From an uncultured Gammaproteobacteria bacterium (GTDB lineage Bacteria; Patescibacteriota; Microgenomatia; UBA12405), in the NCBI GenBank assembly GCA_964448705.1, contig CAYUZS010000002.1:113577-177576 (forward strand): a DNA stretch of 64,000 nucleotides. Direction: 5' to 3'. The position numbers and the translations under genes are program-made. Shown piece after piece: positions 10,265 to 19,952 of the stretch (position 1 is the stretch's first letter; every line of letters begins with the position of its first letter). The notes below the pieces were generated by a model. That model was given only the letters and a program-made list of their open reading frames with translations. It had not been told where the DNA came from and ran no database searches.

Positions 10265-11882
10265 GAATTAAAATATCAAAGGCCGGAGTTCCATCCAAAA
10301 AATTAATTGTTTTTATTAGTTTAAAACTTTGAGAAGGATAAGTACCAGGACTGGTGATTAAGAGACTATTCGGTTTGAATGAAGAGTCTTTTATTTCCCA
10401 GTCATTAATAAATACAAATTTATCGAAACCATCGATCCAATACCAATCGGCATGATTATTCCAGTTGAGATTAGGATCTGATTGATACTTGACTGGATCC
10501 CAGGGCCAATAAAAAAGAATAAATTCGTGCGGTTCGCCATATTTTTTAGTGAAATATATATGCTGATATGATGAATAGTTTTCTTTTAAATAGTCGACTG
10601 CCTGCTTGTAGCCATATTGCCAGGAAGAAGAATATTGAACATTATAATTGAGATAGTTTTGCCAATAAGAAATAAACTGAATAACGGAAAATATGATAAC
10701 CACAGGATAGAGGAAAAATAACTTTTTGGTATTTAAAAGAGACAAGCCATAGACTATTGAAAGAAAGTAAAAAGGAAGAGCAATAGTAGCTCTGATTGAG
10801 GGAAAATCACCGACAGTGAGAGCAGCTGGCAGCAAGCAAATTAAAAAACTGATTAATATTTGAAGATTTAGGTGTTTATTTTTAATTCCCAGAATTAATT
10901 TCAATAAACCAAGATAGAAAAAGGGTAAAAAGACAAAATAGATTAAACCAGTTTGAGGTGGGTTAAATTGATAATTTTGGGAACCAGTAAAAAATATCGG
11001 AAGCGGATTGATTAATGAAAGATAGTTGACAAAAACGGTCTGAGTAAAATAGACAACTTTATTATTAAGAGCAACATTCAAAAAATAAGGACCTGTAAAG
11101 AGACGCCTTTTTTCGTTAATTAAATTTATGGAATTCGGATTTATTATGCCAACCCAGCGATTTCTGGCGGCAGACTCCGGTGAAAACAAGTTAAATAAGT
11201 TAGGCAGGGCTAATATTAGAAAAATAGAAAGTGAAAGGAGAAGAGAAAGGCGATTGGTTTTAAAAATAGATTTGAATTTTGCCCAGTTCATGAAAACCAA
11301 AATCGGCAGCAAAAGCGGAACAATAATTCTGGTGTTATGATAGGAGTAGAGTGAAAGAGCAAACAGAAAAGAAGAAAGAATTAACCAACGCGTTTTTTTA
11401 AGTCCATGGTAAAAAAATATCAATCCGGCCAGTAATAAGGTTTGAGAAAAGTCCGATTGGAAAACAGCTCTGGAAGGAAAAAGATTCCAGGGAGTAATGG
11501 CGGCAATAAACATTGCAATCAGAGCTAGATAATTATTTTTGATAAATATTCTGGTGAAGAAAAAAACTAAGACGACAAAAATAGTGCTGAAAATGGCTGA
11601 AGGCAGCCGGATGCTGAGAGCATTAAGGCCTAAAAATTTTACAAAGGGAATAGTAAGATAAAGATTAAAAGTGGTCGGATAATCACCATAAGCCCGAAAA
11701 TTAAAAATAGGCCAACTGACTCCCCATTGATCTTTACCGGTTTGGAGAAGGGAATAAGCATTGTAACCATGGGAAATTTCATCCCAATTTAAGGAAGAAG
11801 GCAGAGTATCCAGATGCCAGAATCGGAAAAAAACAGCAATCAAAAAAATAAAAATAAAAATTAGTTTATGAATGTTTTTCAC
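10257..11882 (-). CDS. GT-C membrane glycosyltransferase (ArnT/PMT_2-like)
   Basis: WDEISHGYNAYSLLQTGKDQWG, YGDYP, IRLPS, PWNLFPSR. Confidence 0.85.
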   Translation of the reverse strand: MKNIHKLIFIFIFLIAVFFRFWHLDTLPSSLNWDEISHGYNAYSLLQTGKDQWGVSWPIFNFRAYGDYPTTFNLYLTIPFVKFLGLNALSIRLPSAIFSTIFVVLVFFFTRIFIKNNYLALIAMFIAAITPWNLFPSRAVFQSDFSQTLLLAGLIFFYHGLKKTRWLILSSFLFALSLYSYHNTRIIVPLLLPILVFMNWAKFKSIFKTNRLSLLLSLSIFLILALPNLFNLFSPESAARNRWVGIINPNSINLINEKRRLFTGPYFLNVALNNKVVYFTQTVFVNYLSLINPLPIFFTGSQNYQFNPPQTGLIYFVFLPFFYLGLLKLILGIKNKHLNLQILISFLICLLPAALTVGDFPSIRATIALPFYFLSIVYGLSLLNTKKLFFLYPVVIIFSVIQFISYWQNYLNYNVQYSSSWQYGYKQAVDYLKENYSSYQHIYFTKKYGEPHEFILFYWPWDPVKYQSDPNLNWNNHADWYWIDGFDKFVFINDWEIKDSSFKPNSLLITSPGTYPSQSFKLIKTINFLDGTPAFDILIHE

Positions 11883-13479
11883 GGATTACTTTGATTATAA
11901 ACAGGGAAATGGCTAAGAGACTAAGTGAATTAGCAATAGTCCGAATAGGGGTGTTGCGAAGATGGAGTTCGAAAGCATAGTTTCCGGTGGGAAGATTCAG
12001 TTGAATTAAACCAAGCTGTGGTTCTATTTTAATATCCTGGAGAGAATTGTTTATTTTTAACTCCCAATTCGGGAAATAAACCATAGGCAGATTAATGACG
12101 GCATAGTCGGATATAACATCCAAACTACCTTTAGCCTGATGACTATTTTTGGAAAAAGAGAGGTTGCTTACCTCTCCTGATTCAATCGAGGGAACGCCGG
12201 AAGAAAATTGGTCGGGAAAACCGATGGAGTAGTTTGGCCAATAGTCTTTTAAACCGGCACCGCTTTGTCTAATAATTTCTGAGGTAGTTAATTTCTGAGA
12301 ATCAGATAAATTTTGATACCAAATATCTTCTTTAAAATAATTAAAATTTAATAAATATGCAGCGGCAATAATGATAAAAGTAAGAAAAACGGAAAAACGT
12401 TTTAAGGGAGCAATTAAAACAAAAGCACCTGAAATTAGTGAGAAACAAAAAACAGCCAGACCGAGAAAACGCCAGGGAAATTGATAATAGGCCATAAACG
12501 GCAATAGCTGCCAAATAAAAGTTGATTTATTGTGGGTTAAAAATAGAGCTAAAAGACCAATGAAAAATCCACTTAGAATCAGCCAACGATGTGATAACTT
12601 TTTATTAAAAAATGTATAGATGACAACTACTAAAGGCAGAATCCACTGAAGATAACCGATCTGAAAGGACATGTCATCCTGAGGACCCCATAGAGATGCA
12701 CCGTAGCCCCAAAAGCGAGAAAGAAACAACTCGGAAATAGTAGTGAAATGATTAATGTAGCTGAAATAACCCTGAGTCATGGTATCGACAGTAACTAAAT
12801 TTTTTTCCAATAAAGCCGGCAAGAGGAAAAAGGAAGACATAAGAAAAGCCAGAACGGAATTAAGGATTAAATTTTTATTGATGTTTTTGGTTAGAAGAGA
12901 AAAAATTAAAACTAAAGGAACAGCGTATAAAGCAGTCAAATTGTGGCTTAAAAGAAGAAAAAGGAGAGAAACGATATAGAGATTGGATTTTTTGGAAAGC
13001 AGAGCAAATAAAACTAAGGGAATAAAACTGAGCGCCCAATATTCGCCTAACGCTCCCCTGACAAATCCATCAACAGCCTGATATGGAGCCAGAGTATACA
13101 AAACGCTGCTGACTAAACCACCAGCCGGACCAAATAAGAAGTTACCTAAAAGGTAAGTAGAAACGGAACGAATTAAATTTGGAATTATAAAAACAGCTTT
13201 AATACTGTTGATATAATCCAGACCGGTTAGATGAAAAGCTTCGGCAACCAGGTACGGAAGAGGTGAATAATAATTGTAGAGCGGATAACCATAACCAAAT
13301 CCCCCATCAGCAATAAAACGACAGGGAATTTGACCATCATGAAGACAGCTATCAAGCTGCTGCAATCTAAAAATCTGAATATCATCCTGCATGGAAAAAT
13401 AGCCCGGACGAAAGAGTCTTAAACTAATTGAAAAACCGATAAACAGAGAAATCAAAAGGAATATTTTACTTTTGTTCAT
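11866..13479 (-). CDS. GT-C-fold membrane protein ('PTPS-related'/YfhO-like family)
   Basis: QDDIQ...GQIPCR...GYGYPLYNYYSPL, VRGALGE, QFPWRFL, C-terminal YFPNW beta domain. Confidence 0.8.
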   Translation of the reverse strand: MNKSKIFLLISLFIGFSISLRLFRPGYFSMQDDIQIFRLQQLDSCLHDGQIPCRFIADGGFGYGYPLYNYYSPLPYLVAEAFHLTGLDYINSIKAVFIIPNLIRSVSTYLLGNFLFGPAGGLVSSVLYTLAPYQAVDGFVRGALGEYWALSFIPLVLFALLSKKSNLYIVSLLFLLLSHNLTALYAVPLVLIFSLLTKNINKNLILNSVLAFLMSSFFLLPALLEKNLVTVDTMTQGYFSYINHFTTISELFLSRFWGYGASLWGPQDDMSFQIGYLQWILPLVVVIYTFFNKKLSHRWLILSGFFIGLLALFLTHNKSTFIWQLLPFMAYYQFPWRFLGLAVFCFSLISGAFVLIAPLKRFSVFLTFIIIAAAYLLNFNYFKEDIWYQNLSDSQKLTTSEIIRQSGAGLKDYWPNYSIGFPDQFSSGVPSIESGEVSNLSFSKNSHQAKGSLDVISDYAVINLPMVYFPNWELKINNSLQDIKIEPQLGLIQLNLPTGNYAFELHLRNTPIRTIANSLSLLAISLFIIKVIREKHS

Positions 13480-15085
13480 GTGGAGTGATGATTAAAAATT
13501 GAGGCGAGGTGAGATATCTTTTTTCAGTTTGAGAGATGATATCAAACGATGATTTATTGGAAAGAGACTGATATTCATCGCCGGTGATGACATAAACCTG
13601 AGAAGCGGTTGAAGGAATTTTATCCATATTAAGATGGCCAAAATAATAATTATTGTTTAAAGCGGTGCCATCAAAGAAATCGTTTTGGAGATGAGACAAT
13701 TGGTCGGAAAGAGATTTAGAGGGTGAAGAGTAATAGGGAGTATAGAAAAGGAAGAAAGGCATAAATGGTTCGAAACTATCGGAGAAATAAATATCATTTC
13801 CCGGATATTTGGAAGTTAAAAGGATTGCATCTTTCATGCCGGTGTGCCATGTAGCGGCAGAAGACTGAGGATAGTGAATAGTATAGTAATGGGCAAAATT
13901 TAAAAAAAGCAAAAAATATAGAGGCAGTAAAAACTTTTTTTTATTTAAACCAAGATAAGAAAAGTAGATCAACGAGGGAAGCATTAAGATTAACCGGGTG
14001 GCATGGGGAGAAAGGGAATCACGGGTTAGAGAATAGGGAATGGGAGCCAGAATCAACAGCCAAAAAAATAAAGAACCGATTTTGGTTGGTTTTTTAAAAT
14101 AAATAAATATTCCCAAGGGGATAACAAATAAGTCGAGCAAATATAATAATCCATGCCCGCCAAAACCATGACGAAGATTGTCGTCGCCTTTGAGAAACAA
14201 AAATGAGGTAGAGAAAGAAGAAACATAATTTTCGACAAATTTTTGAGCAACTAACTGATACTTGTTGTGTAATATTTTGGAAATAAAGGATGTTTTTACA
14301 CCAACTTCACCGTAATGATTTAAAAGGACATCTTCATATCGAAGATGGTCGGTTACCTGCTCCCGATGGGGTTGAGTAAAAATACCAATATAGGAAAATC
14401 TGAAACCACTTTGACCGGAAAAGGTATCAATGGCTAAGGGAGTTAATAAAAGTAAACCTAAAATTATTCCGGAAAGTAAATGGAGAGGAAGCATTTTTTT
14501 AATATCAGAACGCCAGATAATGAGGATTAACAATAGAAGTATGGGTAAGAATAAATTGGCGGTGCTGTAGAAATAAGGAGCTTGAACGAAAGCGATGACA
14601 GCCAACAATAACCAAGATAATTTATGATTTAAAAGATATCTTTTCCAAAAATAGATTCCGGCCAGTAGAAACATAATCATGCCCGATACTTCAAATCCTG
14701 TTCGACTGTAATGTATAGCCCACGGTGAGATGGCTAATAAAAAGGATGCCAGAGGGGAATTGGTGATCAAATATATTAAAATTACTGAAAGAACACCAAA
14801 AACTGCTGAAGGCAGACGAACAGAAAGTTCCGGACTGAAGCCAATTTTTTGGAAAAAGGCAATACTATATATAAGGGAAGGAGTTCTCCAATCGGAGAAA
14901 GAATGAAAATGAGAAGGAAATTGGTTGCCAAAATAGTCTGATTGAGAGTGATTGAAAACCAGGGCTTGATAGCCGGCATCAACTTCATCTGAAAACAAAG
15001 CCGGAGGAAAATTACTTAAATTAAGGAAACGACTGAAGACAGCTATAAGCAAAATTAAGAATAATATCGATATTTTAGTTTTCAT
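13466..15085 (-). CDS. GT-C membrane glycosyltransferase (ArnT/PMT_2-like)
   Basis: SDEVDAGYQ, FSDWRTP, VRLPSA, PWAIHYSRTGFE; SD-like AAGGAG upstream. Confidence 0.85.
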   Translation of the reverse strand: MKTKISILFLILLIAVFSRFLNLSNFPPALFSDEVDAGYQALVFNHSQSDYFGNQFPSHFHSFSDWRTPSLIYSIAFFQKIGFSPELSVRLPSAVFGVLSVILIYLITNSPLASFLLAISPWAIHYSRTGFEVSGMIMFLLAGIYFWKRYLLNHKLSWLLLAVIAFVQAPYFYSTANLFLPILLLLILIIWRSDIKKMLPLHLLSGIILGLLLLTPLAIDTFSGQSGFRFSYIGIFTQPHREQVTDHLRYEDVLLNHYGEVGVKTSFISKILHNKYQLVAQKFVENYVSSFSTSFLFLKGDDNLRHGFGGHGLLYLLDLFVIPLGIFIYFKKPTKIGSLFFWLLILAPIPYSLTRDSLSPHATRLILMLPSLIYFSYLGLNKKKFLLPLYFLLFLNFAHYYTIHYPQSSAATWHTGMKDAILLTSKYPGNDIYFSDSFEPFMPFFLFYTPYYSSPSKSLSDQLSHLQNDFFDGTALNNNYYFGHLNMDKIPSTASQVYVITGDEYQSLSNKSSFDIISQTEKRYLTSPQFLIITPHEQK

Positions 15086-15115
15086 TTTCTCCTTCTTTAT
15101 TTTATACTAATGCCA

Positions 15116-16492
15116 ATGAAAAAATGGTTGGCAGTAATTTTATGGCTACTGGCATCAATAAACAGTCTGATAACGGCAATAAGTATTAACTATCCGCCAA
15201 CAGGGGAACAATTGGCGGTACTTAACGGCATGAAACTGTCTGGAGAAACAAACTTGTGGATTTTAAGAATAATCACCTTTTTAATGTTGGGAATCAGTTG
15301 GTGGTGCTGGTATGTTTTGATTTCTAAAGTTGATAAAAAGTTGGCATTTTGGACGATAACCGTTTTATCAATATCACCGGTAACTTTGATATTAGGGCTT
15401 ATTCACCCGATTGTGACGTTTAAAATATTGACAGTATCCATAGCCGTCTATTTTTTATTTCATAAAAATCTGGGTTTGAAACAACAGTGGCTGGTTTTTT
15501 TGATTTTGGCAGTATTTAGCGTACTATTTAACATTTTTGTGATTAAGAATAAACCGGCGATATTCAGTAAACTGTCGATTACGGAAGCTCAGGTAGAGGT
15601 TACTAAAAGATTTACCAATGAAGACAGTTTAAATACTAAAATTGAGCTGCCTTTATGGTGGAGGCGGTTATCTTACAATAAATATTTCTTTGTCTATAAA
15701 AGAACTTTAGCGGAAACACTCCCCTTCTTTGATTTTGAATCCTTATTTTTTCAGGAAGTTCACCCTTTGGAACAAAAGTCGGTGGTTATGTTTTACTGGA
15801 TAGAGTTTTATTTGTTTTTGATGGGAATTTATTTTTTTGTTAAAAATAAAGATGTATTTTTAAGAAGAATTTTGATTTACGGAATACTGCTATCGTGGGT
15901 AAATTTTGTCTTCTCGGAAGGACCGGCTTATCTGAGACTTATTTATTTAACACTGCCAATATCGCTGGTTATTTCAAAAGGTTGGATGGAATTGGCACAA
16001 GCAGCTAAAAATAAATATGCTTTAGCATCGGTTCTGTCGCCGATTGTTTTTATACTAATAATTTTTGCTATTCAAGTGAACCATATTGATTTGAGGGTCC
16101 GTACCCAAAAATGGTTTGATAACCGACCTTTGGCCTATCAGTTTTGGTTTGAAAACCTAAAAAAAATTGATTATCGTAAATATGAAAAAATTCAGATAAC
16201 AACTTTAATCGGCGATGCCAAATCATATTGTTTATATTATTTGGGTGATGACTGTAATCAGGAAAAATATGTTTTTAACAGTTTTGACTTAAGCCAGGAA
16301 AAACCGACTGATCATGGTATATATGCCGGTTTTTCAGGAGAATTTGCTGGTCCGGATTTTAAAAACCAAATTTCTGCCAATTGGAAAGAAGTTTCTGTCG
16401 ATAAAGGTTTGGAATTTGTAGGGACAATGAATTTGAACGACAATATTGCCGACAAATTTGGAAACGATATTGGTTTGGCAGTAAAAAAATGA
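15116..16492 (+). CDS. Divergent GT-C-like membrane protein lacking the N-terminal DE motif
   Basis: Multi-TM; keeps the central 'RRLSYNK...FDFESLFF' loop of its paralogs but not DExxxGY. Start 15116 inferred from TATACT 7 nt upstream. Confidence 0.6.
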   Translation: MKKWLAVILWLLASINSLITAISINYPPTGEQLAVLNGMKLSGETNLWILRIITFLMLGISWWCWYVLISKVDKKLAFWTITVLSISPVTLILGLIHPIVTFKILTVSIAVYFLFHKNLGLKQQWLVFLILAVFSVLFNIFVIKNKPAIFSKLSITEAQVEVTKRFTNEDSLNTKIELPLWWRRLSYNKYFFVYKRTLAETLPFFDFESLFFQEVHPLEQKSVVMFYWIEFYLFLMGIYFFVKNKDVFLRRILIYGILLSWVNFVFSEGPAYLRLIYLTLPISLVISKGWMELAQAAKNKYALASVLSPIVFILIIFAIQVNHIDLRVRTQKWFDNRPLAYQFWFENLKKIDYRKYEKIQITTLIGDAKSYCLYYLGDDCNQEKYVFNSFDLSQEKPTDHGIYAGFSGEFAGPDFKNQISANWKEVSVDKGLEFVGTMNLNDNIADKFGNDIGLAVKK

Positions 16493-18153
16493 AAAATAAA
16501 TTAAGAAATCTGATATTTTTGGTAATTGTGATAATCGGCATAATAATCCGATTTGCCTCATTGGATAAGTCTCCGCCGTCATTAGGTTTTGATGAAGCAT
16601 CACTGGGATATAACGCCTATTCAATCATGAAAACAGGCAAAGATGAATATGGAAACTTTATGCCGATTTCATTACGTTCTTTTAATGATTTTAAACCGGC
16701 TTTGTACGCTTATTTAAGTATTCCTTTTATATATTTTGGCGGCCTTAATGATTCAACAGTGAGAATGGTTTCAGCATTAGCCGGCAGTGTGTCACTGATT
16801 TTTTTGTTTTTTCTGTTGAAGAAATATATTAAAAATAAATGGCTGGCGGTTGGAATATTTTTACTGCTATCCTTTGAACCATGGAGACTGCACTTTTCCA
16901 GAAATGCCTTTGAAACTCATTTATCAATGTCGCTTTTTACTATCGGTTGCTGGTGGCTTCTGGAAAAAAAGAAAAAGTTTAATAAATTCTGGGCAGTAAT
17001 ATTTTTAGGGTTGGCAGCATACAGTTACCATTCGGCCCGATTAAGCGGTCCACTATTATTAATATTTTGGCTTTTAGACCCAATTAAGTTGTCATTCCGC
17101 AAAGATTTTTTTGTAAAACTAGGAAATTTTGTAAAAAATAATATATTTAAATTTTGGCCGGTATTCGGATTAATTTTAGTATGTGTACCTATTTTTTTAA
17201 TGAACAGCGGTAATTTAGTGTTGACCAGATTTAACCAAGAAAATGTATTTCAAAGATATTTTCCTTATGCTCCAAAAGAAATAGCTAACCCATTAAGTTC
17301 GGCGTATTACCTAATGGGGATAATCAGCGGCCACGTGTTTTCCAATATTTCACCCATAAATTTAAACTGGAGAATTTTTCAATGGGTAAAAATGTCTCCA
17401 CAATTTATTCCGGGGATGGGAATGCTAGGATGGCTGGAAGGAATATTTTTTATTATCGGTCTGACGGAATTGATTAAGATGATAAAAAAATCGAGTAAAC
17501 ATCGATTTCTAGTTTACTGGATTATTGCCGGAGCGGCACCTTCGGCAGCGACATGGACATGGTTTCACCCTTTAAGATCCCTGAATATTTATCCGGCGAT
17601 GGAGATAGTGGTAGCCATGGGAATTCAAAAAATACTTAAAGAACTGAATGCGGCACGAGTTAACCGAATTATTAAAACGGGAGCGATAGCCGCGGGAGTG
17701 GTGATTTTGGGATTAACAACGGTGTTTACAATAAATAATGAATTACTGTACAGTGCCTATGAAAATCACGGTGAATATCAACCTGGCGGTTACAAAGAAG
17801 GAATGCCATTTTTAAAAAGCATTCAGGATAATTATGACCAAGTAGTCATTGATACCCCGCACGCCCAGCAATTTGTATTTTTAATGTTTTATGAACAAAT
17901 GGATCCGACTTTTGTGCAAAAAATTGCCGATATTAGACCAAAACCGGGAATAGAGGGTAATTTAACCTTTAATTTCGATAAATTTGTATTTAGAAAAGTT
18001 GATTGGCCACAAGATCAATTTCTTAAAAAAACAGTTTTTTGGACTGATCAGACGATCTCTTCAGAAGAAATAGAAAGAGTACCGGGAAATAAATTGAGGA
18101 TGAAAGTAGACAACGCACTTTATCAGGCTGCTGATATAATTACCACAGAATAG
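16489..18153 (+). CDS. GT-C membrane glycosyltransferase (ArnT/PMT_2-like)
   Basis: FDEASLGYNAYSIMKTGKDEYG, FNDFKP, PWRLHFSRNAFE. Confidence 0.85.
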   Translation: MKNKLRNLIFLVIVIIGIIIRFASLDKSPPSLGFDEASLGYNAYSIMKTGKDEYGNFMPISLRSFNDFKPALYAYLSIPFIYFGGLNDSTVRMVSALAGSVSLIFLFFLLKKYIKNKWLAVGIFLLLSFEPWRLHFSRNAFETHLSMSLFTIGCWWLLEKKKKFNKFWAVIFLGLAAYSYHSARLSGPLLLIFWLLDPIKLSFRKDFFVKLGNFVKNNIFKFWPVFGLILVCVPIFLMNSGNLVLTRFNQENVFQRYFPYAPKEIANPLSSAYYLMGIISGHVFSNISPINLNWRIFQWVKMSPQFIPGMGMLGWLEGIFFIIGLTELIKMIKKSSKHRFLVYWIIAGAAPSAATWTWFHPLRSLNIYPAMEIVVAMGIQKILKELNAARVNRIIKTGAIAAGVVILGLTTVFTINNELLYSAYENHGEYQPGGYKEGMPFLKSIQDNYDQVVIDTPHAQQFVFLMFYEQMDPTFVQKIADIRPKPGIEGNLTFNFDKFVFRKVDWPQDQFLKKTVFWTDQTISSEEIERVPGNKLRMKVDNALYQAADIITTE

Positions 18154-18154
18154 T

Positions 18155-19375
18155 ATGAAAAAAATATTGCTATTAGCGGCGAGTTTGTATTTTTTCCTGG
18201 CACCTTTGACTTACCATCCGGATACAAAACTAGTGCTGTATTATCCAACTTTAAACAACGGCAGAGTGTGGGATATTTATACCTATTTAAACGAGAATGC
18301 CAATGCCGCCCCGAAATTTCATTATCCTCCGGCACATTTTTGGCTGTTAAAGGCAGAATTGCCGGTAGTTAAATTAATCGGAGGAAATCAAATTGTAAAA
18401 TGGCTGAACACCGGCGGGAACATCGCTTTCAGAGATGAAAATATATTTTTAAACAATTTAGCTGTTAAAACACCACTATTAATTTTAGTTTTAATTTCCG
18501 GCTGGTTGATATTTAAGATAGCGGTTAAAAACGGATATAATTTAAAATTTGCAAAAGCAGCGGCAATAATCTGGCTATTTAATCCAATAACTTTATATTC
18601 AGCGGTGATAATGGGTCAGAATGATATTTTGGCCTTACTCCCCTTTTTAATCGGTTTATGGTTTTATTTTGACCATCCTTTTTGGGCATTCACCTGGTTT
18701 GGACTGGCGGGAAGTGTAAAAAGTTATCCTTTGTTATGGGCGTTAATAGCCGGATTGATTTATCCAAAAAGCGGTTGGATTAAAAAAATATCTTTGGCAA
18801 TGTGGCCGATAATAATCTACATAGCGACAATGTTACCTTTTATAAAATATCCATACTTTCGAGAAGATGTTTTGTACAGCGGATTATCAATCAGAATGTT
18901 TGACAGTGCGATTAACATCGGTTTAGGAGACAAAGTTTTACTAGTACCGATGCTGTTGGTGGCTTTGACTCTAATCGGGATTAAAAATAATTTAGGTAGA
19001 AACCTAAAAAAACTAACATTAATTTTGATGTCGGCGACGATGATAATTTTAGGATTTACTCATTTTCATCCGCAATGGTTTATCTGGATTATGCCATTTA
19101 TGGCTTTACAGTTTGCAACTGAAGAAAAACAGCGGCAATGGTGGCTGATTTTGCCGGCATTATTAATAATAATTTTATTATTTGAGGACAAATTCTTGTA
19201 CTGGGGATTGATTTCACCGATTAATCAGGAAGTAATTAATTTACCTTTGATTAATGAGTGGTTGAATTTGAAAGGGATAGATACGAGTCTACTGAACAAT
19301 CTAGCCCATTCAATTTTGGCAGGTTTTGGAATTTATGGATTATTTAATGCGGATAAAAAAGATGATGAAAAATAA
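18155..19375 (+). CDS. GT-C membrane glycosyltransferase, GT87/PIG-M-like
   Basis: YHPD, FHYPP, WLFNP...MGQND, K-YP, FHPQWFIW motifs. Confidence 0.72.
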   Translation: MKKILLLAASLYFFLAPLTYHPDTKLVLYYPTLNNGRVWDIYTYLNENANAAPKFHYPPAHFWLLKAELPVVKLIGGNQIVKWLNTGGNIAFRDENIFLNNLAVKTPLLILVLISGWLIFKIAVKNGYNLKFAKAAAIIWLFNPITLYSAVIMGQNDILALLPFLIGLWFYFDHPFWAFTWFGLAGSVKSYPLLWALIAGLIYPKSGWIKKISLAMWPIIIYIATMLPFIKYPYFREDVLYSGLSIRMFDSAINIGLGDKVLLVPMLLVALTLIGIKNNLGRNLKKLTLILMSATMIILGFTHFHPQWFIWIMPFMALQFATEEKQRQWWLILPALLIIILLFEDKFLYWGLISPINQEVINLPLINEWLNLKGIDTSLLNNLAHSILAGFGIYGLFNADKKDDEK

Positions 19376-19952
19376 GCGAATAATTAGAATTGGGTTGGGT
19401 TTGGCGACAGCGCTGATTATTTATATGCTGACGATAGCGATAGTATCTTTATTACCAAGCAAGATAAGTATCGAAACAAAAGGAAATAATCCGGAAGTAT
19501 TTAATAAAATTGCCGAGATAGAAACATATGAAGAAATGTTTACCGCAGAACACAATCATTTAAATAGAATTGAGGCGCTGTTTAAGAACCCAAACCTGGA
19601 AAGCAGAGACGAATTGGAAATATCTTTAATCGATAATCAAGGATTAACAGTTGCCAGTCAACAATTCAGCGGTTTTAATTTAGGTGATACCTCTCATGCG
19701 AGAATGGATTTTTCTCCCCTAACAAATTCAGAAGGAAAAAAGTACATCATCAAAATAGAGACTAAAAAAATAAATGATGGAATGCTTAGTTTTGGCACTA
19801 AGGATGGTCATCTTGATTTTATTCAATATTACAATCAAAAAAGCGGTTTTGATTTGATGATTAAAAATATGTCTGAAGCAATCAATAAAATTTCTAAACA
19901 GCCAGTGGTGGTGATATTACCGATGGTATTATGGATATTATGGTTATGGTGA
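19363..19952 (+). CDS. Hypothetical membrane protein with an extracytoplasmic beta-rich domain between two TM helices
   Basis: ORF track (from 19326); likely start at MMKNK, overlapping the upstream stop; N- and C-terminal hydrophobic segments. Confidence 0.65.
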
